From Microthyrium microscopicum (taxonomy: Eukaryota), in NCBI GenBank assembly GCA_010405405.1, contig MU004231.1, positions 856,153 through 920,152 on the forward strand: a DNA stretch of 64,000 nt, written 5' to 3'. The notes under the pieces are model-generated. The model had not been told where the DNA came from. It saw only the letters and a list, made by a program, of their open reading frames with translations, and searched no databases. The position numbers and the translations under genes were made by a program. Positions 1 to 13,176 of the stretch are shown piece after piece; the stretch's first letter is position 1; every line of letters begins with the position of its first letter.

Positions 1-1056
1 TGATGGCGCAGGATGCTCTGTCATCCCACCATGCTGTCCTACCAGTCCAGCATCGCGCGTTGGCCGATGAAGAAATCAGATGGCGTGGATAGCTGCGCCC
101 ATTGAAATAGGGAAATGCTAAAGTTGCAAGGAGGGGCAAGTCATGTCATCATCAGCATATAGTTGCAAAAGCGTCTTTGTGGCGGCTGTCAGAATGGTAT
201 GTGTGGTGAATTGGCCAACGCCAGGGCAAGTCAGTGTCAGGTCTCAGCATTTCTAGCATCCCCTCAGAGCTTCATACCTACATGCTCCCGCAGTAGATCG
301 ATAGGCTGCAAACATACAGGCCCCTACTGAGACACAGGATTTCAATCTCATTCTGAGAGCGTCCCCACCCTAGCGGTTCCTGGAGATCCTGCAATTGGGC
401 CCTGTTAGGTGTCCGAGTCGCTGGATCATGGCCATGGCATCCCATCCACGCGTGGTCGAAATTACAGTCCGAGCAAAGACCAAAAGCGACAAAGCGTGGC
501 TATTAAATGTCTCGTGTGTCGCGGGCAATACAGCTAGATTCAATAGACTGAATCTGTTCATAAAGAAAGGATGCATGGCGGCGCGCCCAGCAGCAGCCGA
601 CGGCTAGTGATGAAGGACAAGGTGTAACAGGTTACCCAACAATGCTTCCTAGGGATCAAAGGTATACTATTGCCCCGTAGCCTCGTAATGGTAGCTATAC
701 GCTGAATGTTGCTGATGTCCATCAGTGTCGCATGTTGTACATAGCTGTCCCGCGGCCCAGACTTAGAACTGCTAGGTAAGGCAGGTACCCTCCAGACTCT
801 CCCACACGTAGTTTCTGTAGTTGGGAATGTTTCTTGTTCGCCCCTGCCGTTTTTTGACCTGCTCCTACCTATCGTGTCTCTCGTTCCTTCCAAATCAACT
901 GCTGCCTCCCACCTTTAGTCTCAACTGCGAACCTCGCACCTCCCGTTACCTCTTTCTAACCTCCGTCCGGCGTCAACCAACTGTGGAATCTGGATCTGTC
1001 TGAACATCGACTATTTCAACTATTCTCCTGGAGGCGAGCTATCCAATGACTAGACA

Positions 1057-3249
1057 ATGAGCTCGAGAACCATTACCAGTGTGGTCACCTCCGACACCAT
1101 AGCCTTGAACGCTGCTGTGTTCGGTTATGCGGGACATTCGCTCGTCACGCCCCACTCGGCCATCAAGCAGATATGGTGGACCGAAGAACGCATTCAGGCC
1201 AAAGTCACGAGAGACTTTATCGTCTCTAAGCTTCGTCCAGACGAGCGCGCCCAGCTTGATCAGCCCGTTTCGTTTGGTAGCGAGCTCACCGACGCTACCT
1301 ACATTGACTGGATCCTTGACAAGACGAAGCGACTCTTTCTGATTCTGGTTGAAGTTGGCGTGCCAGATCAGATCTTTGGTGCCATTGACGATGTCTGGGA
1401 CGACCATGATCTCCCGATACCTCTGGAAGATGTCGACAAACTGGCATTATCCTGGAAAAATGACGAGACCCTGAATCGAAAATTCTATTCTACTCAATAT
1501 TCATTTCTCCTCCGACCACTCACGGAGGACGCTCATATCAAATATGGACCAAATGAAGTGATTCCCCTCGAATATGTTCACCGACTCCCGCCAGCGGCAA
1601 TTCTCCAAAGCTGGCTGAAAATGCATTTACCTAAAGAACCAAATGAAATATACGTCCGTAGAAAGGTTAACCTGGGAGCGACTGGAGACAAAGTTGATCC
1701 AACCAAGGAGGCTCAATTTCTTGCCGACATACAAAAGGCACGATTGATCCAACATAAACACATTGCTTTCGTGTGGGCTTCATATACTTCCAAAGGAAAT
1801 GGCTTCTTCCTCACAACCTTCGAAGCCGAACATACATTAAAGTCTTTCATTGATTTCCGTTCCGCAGCATCTCTTCAGAAACTTACCAAAACCCAACGAA
1901 ACGAGACTCTTCTCACCTGGCTTCACTGTCTTGCGGATGCCCTGGCATCTATCCATGATCAAGGAATGTATCACTGCGCCATTACTCCATCCAACATCCT
2001 CATCGATGGCGAGAACCAAATCGCCTTTAGTGATATTGGTTCCCTTAAGACTTTCCAGACCGAGAAGAAGCATGACCCGTCAGAAGGGTACAATTACGGC
2101 GCACCCGAAAATCATGCCACAAAGCCTCTACCATTTCTCAATAGCTCGCCCGAGAGTAGCTTTTCCAGATTTACACATCGCCGGAAGAAATCGACCGACA
2201 GCAAGCGATCCTCAACCACAAAGTCACGCCAGAGTAGCCATTCATCTGGTAATTCAGTGTCCAGCTTGCCCGACATCGTCCCACCTCTGGTTGAATGCCA
2301 AACCCCTAGTGTGTCATCCATGTCCTCAATGGACTCCCCTCAAACTCCGACATCCGAGATCTCCCCAATGCAGCCAATGCGCCCTCCACCACCTCTTCCT
2401 AAGGACGATATCTTGAAGACGAAAGTGTCCGTCGTCGATACACTTAGCCTTTTCAACGCTTCCTGGGCAACGATGACAACAACGTCATCTCCACCTTCAT
2501 CTCCTACGCGTACAGGTCACACCTTGCCATCGAGCTACTTTGGTCAACAAGCTGACGTCTTCTCTTTGGCGTGCATCTTCACCGACATCATAACTTATAT
2601 GATTAAGAAGAAATTGTCCGACTTTGTCAAGTACAGAACTACCAAGCGCAAGGATTCAATTAGTGCATCCAATCTAATGTCCCCCCCTTCCTCTGGGTCA
2701 AGCTCGTCACCCCAAGCTTCTTCGCCCTCCAAAGGCAACGCCGATTCTTCGTTTCACAATAATCTCGGCAAGATCACAGACTGGACCGAAGTACTCGAGG
2801 CAGAGGCAGCCGTCCAGGACGACCCAACCTGCCGGGCCATTCCACTCCTAATGCGCCTTGTCCGATGGATGATGTCGCCTAATCCGCTACATCGTCCTTC
2901 CGCCGCCGAGGTTCGTGAGCGAGTCTTTGATATCCTCATTGGCCATGCCGGAGTCGAAAGTGTCTGCTGCCACTCTGCCCATCGTGCCATGCCTGGGAAC
3001 AGCGCACCTACTGTGCCGCGATTGACCTTACCGCCGAAGCCAATGAAGGGTGGTGATGAGGTCAAGAGTCGCGCCGGACCCAGTGGATCCAGCGAGCAAC
3101 GCAAGCAGACACAGCGCAAACCGGTGCCACTCTACATTCCCAAAGACTCAGAGACGAGTGTCAATAATGTCCCACCGTCACCCAGCAAAACTTCCTCGTC
3201 CTTCAGCGGTTTTGTTCGCGGCCTTAAATGGCGCAAACAGAATACTTGA
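1057..3249 (+). CDS. Protein kinase-fold protein, probable pseudokinase, with Ser/Pro-rich insertions
   Basis: Intronless 730-aa ORF. Kinase subdomain remnants: HKHIAFV, LASIHDQGMYHCAITPSNILI (HRD replaced by HCA), SDIG (DFG position), YGAPE, ADVFSLACI, HRPSAAEV. Confidence 0.75.
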   Translation: MSSRTITSVVTSDTIALNAAVFGYAGHSLVTPHSAIKQIWWTEERIQAKVTRDFIVSKLRPDERAQLDQPVSFGSELTDATYIDWILDKTKRLFLILVEVGVPDQIFGAIDDVWDDHDLPIPLEDVDKLALSWKNDETLNRKFYSTQYSFLLRPLTEDAHIKYGPNEVIPLEYVHRLPPAAILQSWLKMHLPKEPNEIYVRRKVNLGATGDKVDPTKEAQFLADIQKARLIQHKHIAFVWASYTSKGNGFFLTTFEAEHTLKSFIDFRSAASLQKLTKTQRNETLLTWLHCLADALASIHDQGMYHCAITPSNILIDGENQIAFSDIGSLKTFQTEKKHDPSEGYNYGAPENHATKPLPFLNSSPESSFSRFTHRRKKSTDSKRSSTTKSRQSSHSSGNSVSSLPDIVPPLVECQTPSVSSMSSMDSPQTPTSEISPMQPMRPPPPLPKDDILKTKVSVVDTLSLFNASWATMTTTSSPPSSPTRTGHTLPSSYFGQQADVFSLACIFTDIITYMIKKKLSDFVKYRTTKRKDSISASNLMSPPSSGSSSSPQASSPSKGNADSSFHNNLGKITDWTEVLEAEAAVQDDPTCRAIPLLMRLVRWMMSPNPLHRPSAAEVRERVFDILIGHAGVESVCCHSAHRAMPGNSAPTVPRLTLPPKPMKGGDEVKSRAGPSGSSEQRKQTQRKPVPLYIPKDSETSVNNVPPSPSKTSSSFSGFVRGLKWRKQNT

Positions 3250-4791
3250 GCATCGCATCGTGCCTAGCTGGCATATATCACCAGCTCGTTTTTTTCGTTT
3301 TCATTTTCGTCTGTCTTTTTCGACATTAACGATACCCCCGTCATGGCGACATTCTACAAATTTGTTCTCAGGAGTATGTATGAGCAACCATTAACTAATG
3401 GAGTTTATGTGTGGGAAAAGGCATGGACAGATTCTGCCTTGTACATTCATTTCATGGAAAAGATATGTTCGGGCGCCAACAGATGCGCCGAACTCTTTAC
3501 TGGCTTTATTTTGACAAGCTTATTTGCGGCTGCTGCCTTTTGTACGAAAGCTTATACTATGGCCTTTTAGAGGCACATTACATCAATGGTAGTTTCTTCT
3601 GTGTAGTTTTAGATCAACTGGTGGAATACCATTGACTGCGGAGAATGGAAGTGGACAGTTGTAAGCATAATCCAATCAGTACAGTCAACCCAATGCTTCC
3701 CACTATCCGGTGTCCCCTGTAGTCGTGAACAGCATCATGAACTTGCATAACTCTCGACGTTTTCTGCTGTCCCCAAAACCCGCTGCCCAACTGCTACTGC
3801 CAGGCTGTCCACCATCACCACTAACTGTCCCAGTTCCCTCGCCGCTAACTTCCCCGTACAACAGCCGCATACTCGCACACAACCTCTCGTACCTGGCACT
3901 AGTCACACACTACGGACAATACCTACCGCATGGCAGCAAGACAATCATGAGAGAAGGGAGAAAAATATCCATTTTGCAATTTTTGCCGGCACCCGGCAAC
4001 GTCCGTGGGAACATTATTACATACATAGTTAAGAGACACGAGAGAAGAACATTCTAAAACGCAACACACATACAACCCAACAGAGAAACGTTTCAGCGCG
4101 TTGTCCCAGCATCACCACATCACCCAGCCAACGGAACCAAAAATGGAGCCTACGACGCCTGATGCCCAATGGTGTACAATGAAAGAATAGCAAGACCATA
4201 GCACATTACGGTATGTTTTTTTTGGAGGGGAGGTGAAGAATGATTGTAAACGTGCAAAAGGGGTCATGAAATTATGTTATGTACAAAGTTGGGTGCGCTT
4301 CTCACACTAAGTGTGCATAGTAATGTATGAAGGTCGCTGTAAAAGCCAAAGAATGAAGAGCGGGGAAAGATTGAATGGCTAGAAGGGCGTAGACGGCAAG
4401 ACACAGTAGTCGTATGTGCGAGTATGCGGTCGCACACGATCCAGCACTGCCTCGGAGCGCCAGTACCGAAGAGCTGTGTCCGTTGCGAGGAAACGTGGTG
4501 CGGTGCAGCTGGTGCGAGGGAAATCGGGGCTTATGTGGAAGAGGTTGGGAAGGAAGAGCGCCTATTGGGTATTCTTTTGAGCGGATTTCTTTTGAGCGAG
4601 AAGAGGAGTTTTGTATAGTTTGGCGCACAGTTGGGGACAGTCAAAAAATCTTCAGTAAGGTCGATGCCTGTCTCATGGACTGCTGATTTCCACAAGGCTT
4701 CGATTGCCCGCAGGTACTGAAGGGAATCAAGTCCCCACGTGCGCATCATACCCGATGGAGTAAAAAGCAGGAAGGCGATAGGTTTATGCTT

Positions 4792-6909
4792 CTAGTATGG
4801 TACTGCCCCACCCATTGGACCACCCATCGAGCGCATATGCTCGGCGAGTTGGGGATACTTTTGTTGCACCTATATCACGACGGAATGTTAGCATGGCGAA
4901 CGATATGGAAAGACTTGCAACAACGACAAGAAACGTAATGACATGGAAGGAAGAACGTGGACTGACCTCGATTTGAGTACGTGTTGCCTCGGCGTATTGT
5001 AGCGCATTAACTATCTCGCCTTCTGTCCGGGATAGGTCTGCGGCCTTTTCAAAGTACTTGAGTGCTTCGGTGACGTTGCCTTGGGTCAGCAACAGTTGTG
5101 CCATGGTGGCCACGGCGATGTCGCATTCTTCATCGACTATTGAATCTTGTGAGCCAGAACATCACTAATTGGGAATATATAGCGGTAAAACTTACGGAGC
5201 AGAGCCTTTTGACATAGTTCCTGCGCTTCATCCATGTTCTGCTCCCATTGGAATTTGGAGAGGGCTTTGTTGACTAATGGGAGCACGTTCATGCCTGTGG
5301 GATGGACTTGCTTCTCAAGATCAATGGCAGTGTCGAATTGTTCCACGGCTTTTTGGAACTGTTTTTGATCGAGTAGGATTTCACCATAATAGTTGTATAC
5401 ATCTGGAACGCGTTCAAAGTTCTTGATACAGCGTCTGAATGTTGCCATCGACGAGGCTATTGATCCTTGCTTGTATTGTGTGACGCCAAGTTGGATATGT
5501 GAGTAGATGAAGTCCTTATCGAGATCAATCGATTTCTGATAGTCAGCAGCTGCTTCATTCAATTCCTGGTTCAAGAAGTGGAATTGGCCTCGGTGATACC
5601 AGATATCAGGGTCGTCTGGCGTATGCTCCATAGCTGCCTCAAAGTCCCGGAGAGCACCATCACGATCTCCTAAGATAAGTTAGACAGCAGTCGATGAAAA
5701 GAATGGCTTCGGCTCTTACCATTTTCCAGGTACATGCTGACGCGCTTGACATAGCTTTGCGTCATGGTTGGATCAAGCTCAATGCTCTTGTTGATATGTG
5801 TCATGGCACTATCAGTGTCGCCAAGGAGCCATAAGAATGTCGCCCGCATATTGTGGGCAAGAGCCTCATATTCACCCAGGTCATCGAGCTCCAGAGATTT
5901 CGTAAAAGCCTCGGAAGCTTCGTTATAGTCAGCAGCACTGCGTCCTCGTAGAGCAACCAGTCCTTTCCGCAATTGTCCCTTTCCAGATGATTCGTCAATG
6001 TCGTCGGTTTCCGTCAACCCGGCGGGCAAATCTTTTGGTCGGAAGCTTTGTAAGTAGTTAGATATGAAAGCCGCGCTAGGTAGCCGGGCTTTTTTGGTCT
6101 CGAGCATTGCTGAAGCCTTCTCGGTTGCGACAATTTGCAAGAGGGATTCGACCTTGTTGGCACTTGTTGGATTCTGGAACTTTTCGATTATGCAACTTGC
6201 AGTATAGTCCAGGAGTGCTTCGCTGTACTTCTTCAACTGCTCATATGCATTGGCACGTCGGTTCAACGCCTTAACGTACATACGGTCCAGATTGAGAGCG
6301 GCTGTAGTGTCGTCGACAACCTTCTCCCAGTCACCCATAGCTTGATGACATGCAGCGCGGTTGGAATAGAAGATTGGATCTTGCTTCAGATCAATTGCCT
6401 TGGTATAGAGCTCGATAGCTCGATTGAAATCCTTGGATCCATAAGCCTTGTTACCTGCGGCCTTGAGCTTGGAAGCATAATCCTTTCGTTCCTGCAATGA
6501 CGTTAGTGGGCTGCAAGTTAGGCAGACGCGTATAGCAAACCTGTTCTGACAGCGAAGTGATAAATTCTTCACTCATATCTACATTCTCAAGTTCATAATC
6601 ACCGGTTGACGCCGAGACCGATGGAGGGGTTTCGCGGCTGGTGGTGGCTCCAGTGGAAGCATCTTCATCCTTCTTGCCCTTCCGCTTCTTGGACTTCTTC
6701 TTTGGGGATGGTTTCGAAGGGGTGGTATCATTGACGTAATAGTATATGCCGGCGGCAGAGACCAGGACTGTTACGCCAGCGATTGTGTATACGACAGCTT
6801 TATTCTCTGATGCCCATGTTGATATCCGGTCGAACAACGAGGAGGACGAAGCGGAGGGATCGTACGGGATGGGTAGAGTCTGAGGAGGGAGATCGGTGGC
6901 GTTTGCCAT
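4792..6909 (-). CDS. TOM70: Mitochondrial import receptor Tom70 (TPR protein), 5 exons
   Basis: N-terminal TM anchor ([20 protein letters not shown]) followed by a Lys-rich stretch. TPR clamp [29 protein letters not shown]. Exons 6909-6541, 6491-5720, 5669-5196, 5136-4967 and 4869-4792 join in frame through GT-AG introns. Confidence 0.95.
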
Positions 6910-7145
6910 TTCGACGATGGCCGCAGATTAAGAAATGTGGATGAGATCCAAGTAATAGAATGAGGAGGATGTCTGGATCAAGAGATCAGTATTGTGTTGA
7001 TGGACAATGCAGTTTGTCAAGATGCATGAGATCGCGCTCAATCTGATGGTGAATTATCGGCTCTTAGCTTTGCAGTTACCCAGATTTTTGAGAAAAGCTT
7101 TGGCGCTAGCTGGTTATTGCCTAGCGCTTCTCCTCAACAAATCTC

Positions 7146-8313
7146 ATGTCAAGCAATGAGAACAAACATTTCGACCTTTCACAACCAACAATGTCTGCTA
7201 GTGGTAATAATACAGTCGGTGTCGCCTCTCATCCAGACGATAAAGTGAAAGATGTGCCTTATATCTTCACCAGTCTCCGATATGATCCTCTTTTAAGAGA
7301 TTTTGAAGATCCTCTGAAGCAGAAGTAAGTCGCGACTTTAAAAGCATGACTTCATATGCATATACCCGTCGCAGTTCGGATCTTACGGCAAACCTTCTAC
7401 CATATTCATATGCGTTGCTTGAAGCATATTGACAAGATTTCCTAGAACTAAATCGGCTTCAAGTCATGGGAGAAACAATCCCTGGTACAACAGTCCTTTA
7501 TATCACTGTCGATTCCATCAAGAACGACTCATACAAGCAGCCCAGAAATTAGATCTCAAAGAATGCCTACGCCGACCATGCCTCAAGAGCCCAGAGTCAT
7601 TCGAAATCTACATCCTCGGGGCGTACGGTCGTTACTTGGAAACATCTGACAACCATGCCATATCTAGTGATACACCGCTCAAAATCCGCTTCGTGATGAC
7701 CGAACCAGGAACAGGAAAGTCAACAAGCACTGAAGACATCATCAAAATATCCTTCGACCCAACTCCCGCCACAAGTCTCGACCTCTTATACCCAACTAGT
7801 CTCACCCTCACCCCCATCCAACGCCAATCACTAAAACCGCACTACACCGTAGTCTTGGACTACCTTCCAACCGAAATAACACTTTACACGACCATCAAAA
7901 CCGAGCGTCGAGCTATGTATACCGCAGCCCGCGAACGTATGGACACGCTATTGGCCGCTTTACACACCGAGAATATCAAGACTGCTTCCACCATCACCAG
8001 CGACGCTACTGAAATCATCCTCTTCAATCCTGCTGGCCAAATCACGGAGGGCTCAGTCACCAGTGTCTACTTCTACCGCGATGGGCGGTGGATTACGCCG
8101 CCTGTTGGTATGGAGTACGGTGGTCTAGCGGGGACGGCTCGACGGTGGGCGTTGGAGATGGGGATTTGTGAAGAGCGGGTGGTTACGAGGGACTCGGTGA
8201 AGGAGGGAGAGGAGGTTTGGCTCAGTAATGGGGTTCGTGGGTTTTTGCCTGGTGTTGTGCTGTGGGCAAGAGGAGAACCGGGTACGAATGGGTCTGGGGA
8301 GCAAGATGAATGA
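7146..8313 (+). CDS. Aminotransferase class IV / 4-amino-4-deoxychorismate lyase-like protein (Abz2-like)
   Basis: Motifs FTSLRYDP, HQERL, catalytic-Lys motif TTIKTERR, ITEGSVTSVYF, GGLAGTARRWAL and LSNGVRG. Intron 7325-7445 joins the two ORFs in frame. Confidence 0.8.
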
Positions 8314-11010
8314 TCTACTGCAGCTTTATGTCTTGAGTAGGATCAAACCAGACCAGCTGCGATTCTTCGAACATTCTGGACTTTCTACTGTCATTTGCAC
8401 AAGAGGTTCATTCTTGTCACCTTGGTATGGGTTGGTTTGATGAAGCCAAGCGCAATAAGAGCGAAAGATACAGATTGATCGAGTCATGGCTTGTGAAGCA
8501 AATATGGCAAAAATGATGATGAGCGAGCGCGAGATGATATGAAGTACCATGGGCTGTGGTCAAAGGCACATCATTCACCTAATCTGTATATACTATAAAA
8601 CTTCTGGACTGATCGACAATGTTCCGCTTGCACCATCATGAATGAAGAAACCTGCAGTGATCGTAATAGTCCTTTCTGGTGTATTCCACATGCAGATACC
8701 TCACAGCAGTAGCACATTATCTTGCATCGTGTGTCAGCCAAATAAGTTTCCGTCATGACAGAATCTTCAATATCTTTCAGGTAAGAGGATCTCCAGCCAT
8801 CTTAATCCTTAAGGAAACATACATGTAGGCTCCCAAAATACACACAACCAACCCCAAGCTTTGATCCTACAGAGAATTCGTCAACAGTGTGCATGCAGAC
8901 TCGATCTCCCGTCATCGCGGTCTTCGGGACGCGAATATGAACTAGCCTCATGCTGGTCTTCTGTATAAACACACAGCTCCAGGATTCCCTTGTTCGAAAC
9001 CCAAAACATATATTGAAACCACCATCGCACAGTCTCCAATTGCGCCATGTCCATCTAGTTCACTAAAGAACACATGTCTGGCATACATACGCTCAGATAC
9101 CATCATCATTTTACTCCGTTTATTGAGAACGGAAGACTTTGAGAGACAAAATAAAAAAGTTTTCCAAACACACAAACACTGCTAAAAGATTTTCAACAAT
9201 TGGCAAGGGCACGAGTCATTTGATGGTTTGGCGTAGGACATACACACAGGGTCGCCCAGAGCTGTATATTTCAGGGCATCTCTTTGCCATCACACCAGGT
9301 CCCTTCTCGGAAAAGCGGTTGGATATACCTGGTTGGTTGTTACCTGGTAGGTTGGTAGGGCAGACGGCAGTAGCACCGAGTGGATGGTATTGTTCAATCG
9401 ATGGCCTGTAGGACGGTCATGCTGTAGTGATAAGATGGTTACACGGGAGAAAGGGAATGGCTTGGGAGGGTGTACAGGGCGGCTGGGTTTGTTATGCGGG
9501 TGGATGATGGATGGAGGAGCGTTTGTGCTTCATTGTCAATACCTAAGTACGTGAGAAGAGATTGACGGATAGACGTTGGGGTGGGCGAGGGAAGAGTGCT
9601 GAATGTGGTCTGATAAGTCTAGGAGTAGAGTATCAAAGGAGTGGATGGGTCTTGATTTGGGTACCCGGTGGTCATCAGTCAATTGAATCTTCTGTGATGA
9701 GGATTGCTGGATGTACCTGTATCAGACTTTTGAAGATGAGTAGTGGGGCTCCTTAAGGATCAATTGAATTAGCTTTACTATTACTACTTTACTGGGTCAC
9801 TGAATAGTAGTAGGGTAAAAAAGATGGAGTGTTGAGGTGACAGCTGGGGCGAAATTGCACTTTAAACAGAGGGGCAATGTGATCTAGCAATTAAAGAGAA
9901 CGACAGGGCAGGGGATAGTGGGCGACCAAGCGAGAAAAGGATTATTGAGTGCAGATGGATGGACGGCGAGAAATTAGAATTGATTGGATTTAAAATCTCG
10001 CTCTCGTGTTCGGAGACTATTGATCAATATGTATGCAGAATCAGCAAAGAAGCGAGGGAACAGAAAGCAAACAGTTCGCATGAGATGATAGATGGAATGT
10101 TCTTGGAAAGGGTGATGACAGGCTCGCGAAACAAACGAAACAGAGTGCTGCAGGTATTCGGAAGATAAGATATCAAGATCATTGGAAGCACTGAAATTCT
10201 TCTGTATGGTAAAATGAGAGAGTCGTGGCCATCTTGCAGCAAAAGACCGGGATATTGTAAGGATCAATTGATTACTCGCGATGAGTGGAGGGATGGGGAA
10301 GGAGCGCAAGGGAACACAAGCAAAGACAGGGAAGGAACAAGTCAGATTGAGGCAGTCTCCACCGGCAGACCTCCTGCGCCCCTTCCCTTCTCCACTCAAT
10401 CCACTGACAGCACTTGCCCAGAAGAGCCAGTGCAGAGCCAGTGCAGAGTGCAGTCTGGTCGCAACTGCCAAAGCCAAACCGTCGAACCGTTCAACACCAC
10501 CACTTGAGAGATCAGCAGTCGACTGTCTCTTGCACCTTTCTTTCTTCTCGTCAAACTTCGCTACTTCCATACACTCCCCAAATCACCCACAATACCTTCT
10601 CTTTGTTCTTCAAAGCACTCGACTCTGTGCCGCAACAAAGAACCGTCCAAACTTCCAAAGACTCCTCCTACACCTCCCTTTCCCACCTTCGGGCCCCCAG
10701 CCGTTTCATCACCACTTAGGTTCACGACGCCCAGCGCCACTTTCCCCCTTCGCCTTTGTCCTCCGCTTTCTTCTCAACTTCTCATCCGCCATCACAATCC
10801 TCCTTCAACTGACAATACCACTCACTCTTTTCCCTTCAACAACGACCAACTCGTAACCATTCGCTCGCTCTTCAATTCCTACGACCCTCGACCGGCACGT
10901 CACGACTACAATCTTTCAATTTCTTCAACGAGTACCAATCTTCACCCGGCGGGCCATCCTTTCCTACTTCTGTTTCTCGCCCTTCAAGGCGGGGAGCATT
11001 ACAATCTACC

Positions 11011-12399
11011 ATGACACACTCTCCGTTCGGTACGAATAGCTCTTTCGCACCACTCACTCTCCTCAGCCGACTAATCCCCATAGCAGATATCCGTTCCAAA
11101 AACTTATTCAAGCGATGCGTTCAATGTAGTCCATTGACCAGCGCGGCTTGTCCAAAATGCGATTCCGACCAAGTCTGTACACTGCTTCCGGCCACCTGCG
11201 ATCAATGCCCCCAATACACATGCGAGTCTGCTGCCGAATCGGGCGCCGTAACAAGTACTGCCACAGCACCAACTACACACAAGTCACCTGCTCCCGAGAT
11301 TGCTGGCGGTGTTATAGGCGGTGTGTTGCTAATTGCTGCTTTGACGTATCTCATCTGGAAATGTGTACTAAAGGGAAAGAGACATGAGGTGGTAGAGGAG
11401 GAGTGGGACCCAATGGACTATCCCATGGAGAAGCCTGGCCACGACACCATGTTTTCGCGGGAGGCACGCTCTCGTGCGTCAACACATACAGTTACATCCA
11501 TGGCTTCCACAGTTCTTACACGCGCTTCCAATGTTATCCAGATTGCGTTCATTCCAGGCGTAACGACCAGACAACAGCAAAATTCTCCAACCACACCCTC
11601 TACCCTCGTACCTCCTGTACCGCCAATTCCCATTCCCACAAACCCTGGAAGCAGTCATGCTCACGAAGAGCAAATGCTCTTCCTTCCTGGCGACATCCGC
11701 GACTCTACATGGTCGGGCATGAGTGACGACTCGAATGGACGTCAATCTATTGCGCCAAGCTTGGCACGAACAAGTATTGCTTCAACAATGTACAAGGACA
11801 ACGCAGTGGCAGTTAGCTCGCTCAAACCAAGCATCGTCAGTGTGTCAAAGCACGGCAGTATGAATTCCACGCCTGTTGGAACCCCATCAGTCCCATCGTT
11901 GGACATGAGACGCTTTCCTTCTGGTACTCCTAGCAAGCCAGTACTAGTGCAAATGCCAGTCTCACGCGAGGGAGAACCAAGCTCAACGGGTCGAAGTCCT
12001 GTGGGTAGCATGCGTGGCTTGAAACCCAAGGCTGTGATGCTATCGAAAGGCAAAACAGTGAACGCTTCTTCCGAATCCCTAACATCATCACCTACTATTG
12101 TCGAAGAAGGCTCATCTACATCTGGCGATACACCACCCAAGAAATACCCATCGTCACCGCTTGCTCAATCAGCTCGAATCCAGTCACTAGCTTCGACTCT
12201 AGATTCGCCGCACGGTCGAGCAAAGCAAGCTGATCTCCTAGACGAAACCGACGATGAAGCCAGCCCTCACGAGCGTTCGCGGCAGAGCTTACTAAGAAAA
12301 GAATCAAGCCCATTCAGTGATTCTGCAGCATTATCGAAAAAGGCAGTAGATCCACGGACCAAGACTGAAAGTCCATTCGACGATAAAAACGAACTATAA
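11011..12399 (+). CDS. OPY2: Opy2-like membrane anchor (HOG / filamentous-growth MAPK signalling)
   Basis: Extracellular Cys-rich domain CVQC..ACPKCDSDQVCTLLPATCDQCPQYTC, a single TM (IAGGVIGGVLLIAALTYLIW), the motif STVLTRASNVIQIAFIPGV and a disordered tail. Confidence 0.85.
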   Translation: MTHSPFGTNSSFAPLTLLSRLIPIADIRSKNLFKRCVQCSPLTSAACPKCDSDQVCTLLPATCDQCPQYTCESAAESGAVTSTATAPTTHKSPAPEIAGGVIGGVLLIAALTYLIWKCVLKGKRHEVVEEEWDPMDYPMEKPGHDTMFSREARSRASTHTVTSMASTVLTRASNVIQIAFIPGVTTRQQQNSPTTPSTLVPPVPPIPIPTNPGSSHAHEEQMLFLPGDIRDSTWSGMSDDSNGRQSIAPSLARTSIASTMYKDNAVAVSSLKPSIVSVSKHGSMNSTPVGTPSVPSLDMRRFPSGTPSKPVLVQMPVSREGEPSSTGRSPVGSMRGLKPKAVMLSKGKTVNASSESLTSSPTIVEEGSSTSGDTPPKKYPSSPLAQSARIQSLASTLDSPHGRAKQADLLDETDDEASPHERSRQSLLRKESSPFSDSAALSKKAVDPRTKTESPFDDKNEL

Positions 12400-13176
12400 T
12401 TTATGACCTTTCGTGCGGCGGACAAGCAAAGTCACTCATCTACAACTTCACTTCTTCATATGGCCAGCAACAAGCACCAAGCCGCCAGTACTTTATTCAC
12501 ATCTACTATCTTCCGACCTTTTACAAACTAGAGCTAGCGTAGCTCTTATGATATCTTGGCTTTTGCTTCTTTCTTCATTATACCATTTAGCCAGAAGCCG
12601 ATAAGCGTCCTTTGGCAATGTGTATCTTTTGGGACAGGTTTTATGGGTAGACGCGCCCTAGGAAAATGGGCTGCTTTTTGCGGAGGAGTTACAGATTATT
12701 CAGCCGATGATGCTAATGGCGTTGATTCTATCCTCGTATGAGCGAGAGCACAGAGCATATGGTCCAAGGACCTTGAATAGCAAAGCTTGTTCACTATACA
12801 TTGTACCTTTGTACTTGATTTGTGATTGATCTTGGATAATATCGCTTCGGTATGTTAAGATTCTCGCAAACCACTTTGAAGAACAAATATTCATACAGAA
12901 GCGACGAATCCCGCTACATTGAATTCGTAAACTACTCGCTTCTAGAATAGCGAGTAGGGGTATCTATTGATCCTACTCCACCAAGGGAGCATATCTACTA
13001 TAAAAAAAATAAGAACAATGAACTATTCCATCCAAAAACCTTGGTTTTGGGGAGCTCCTCGCAATATCTCTCTCGTGCAGGTCGGCAAAAAGGCATTGGC
13101 CTGGCCCACTATCAATATAAGCGTCTGCTCGTCCAATCTTGCTCGCTTCATCCTCTCTCGTCGTCAAAGAAATGGG

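Noticed and set aside
8326..9411. Short ORFs downstream of the ABZ2-like gene
   Set aside because: No recognisable homology or joinable exons.
9959..10856. Overlapping ORFs and a short AGAGCCAGTGC tandem repeat (10423-10444) upstream of OPY2
   Set aside because: Purine-rich then pyrimidine-rich promoter/5' UTR composition with no domain motifs.
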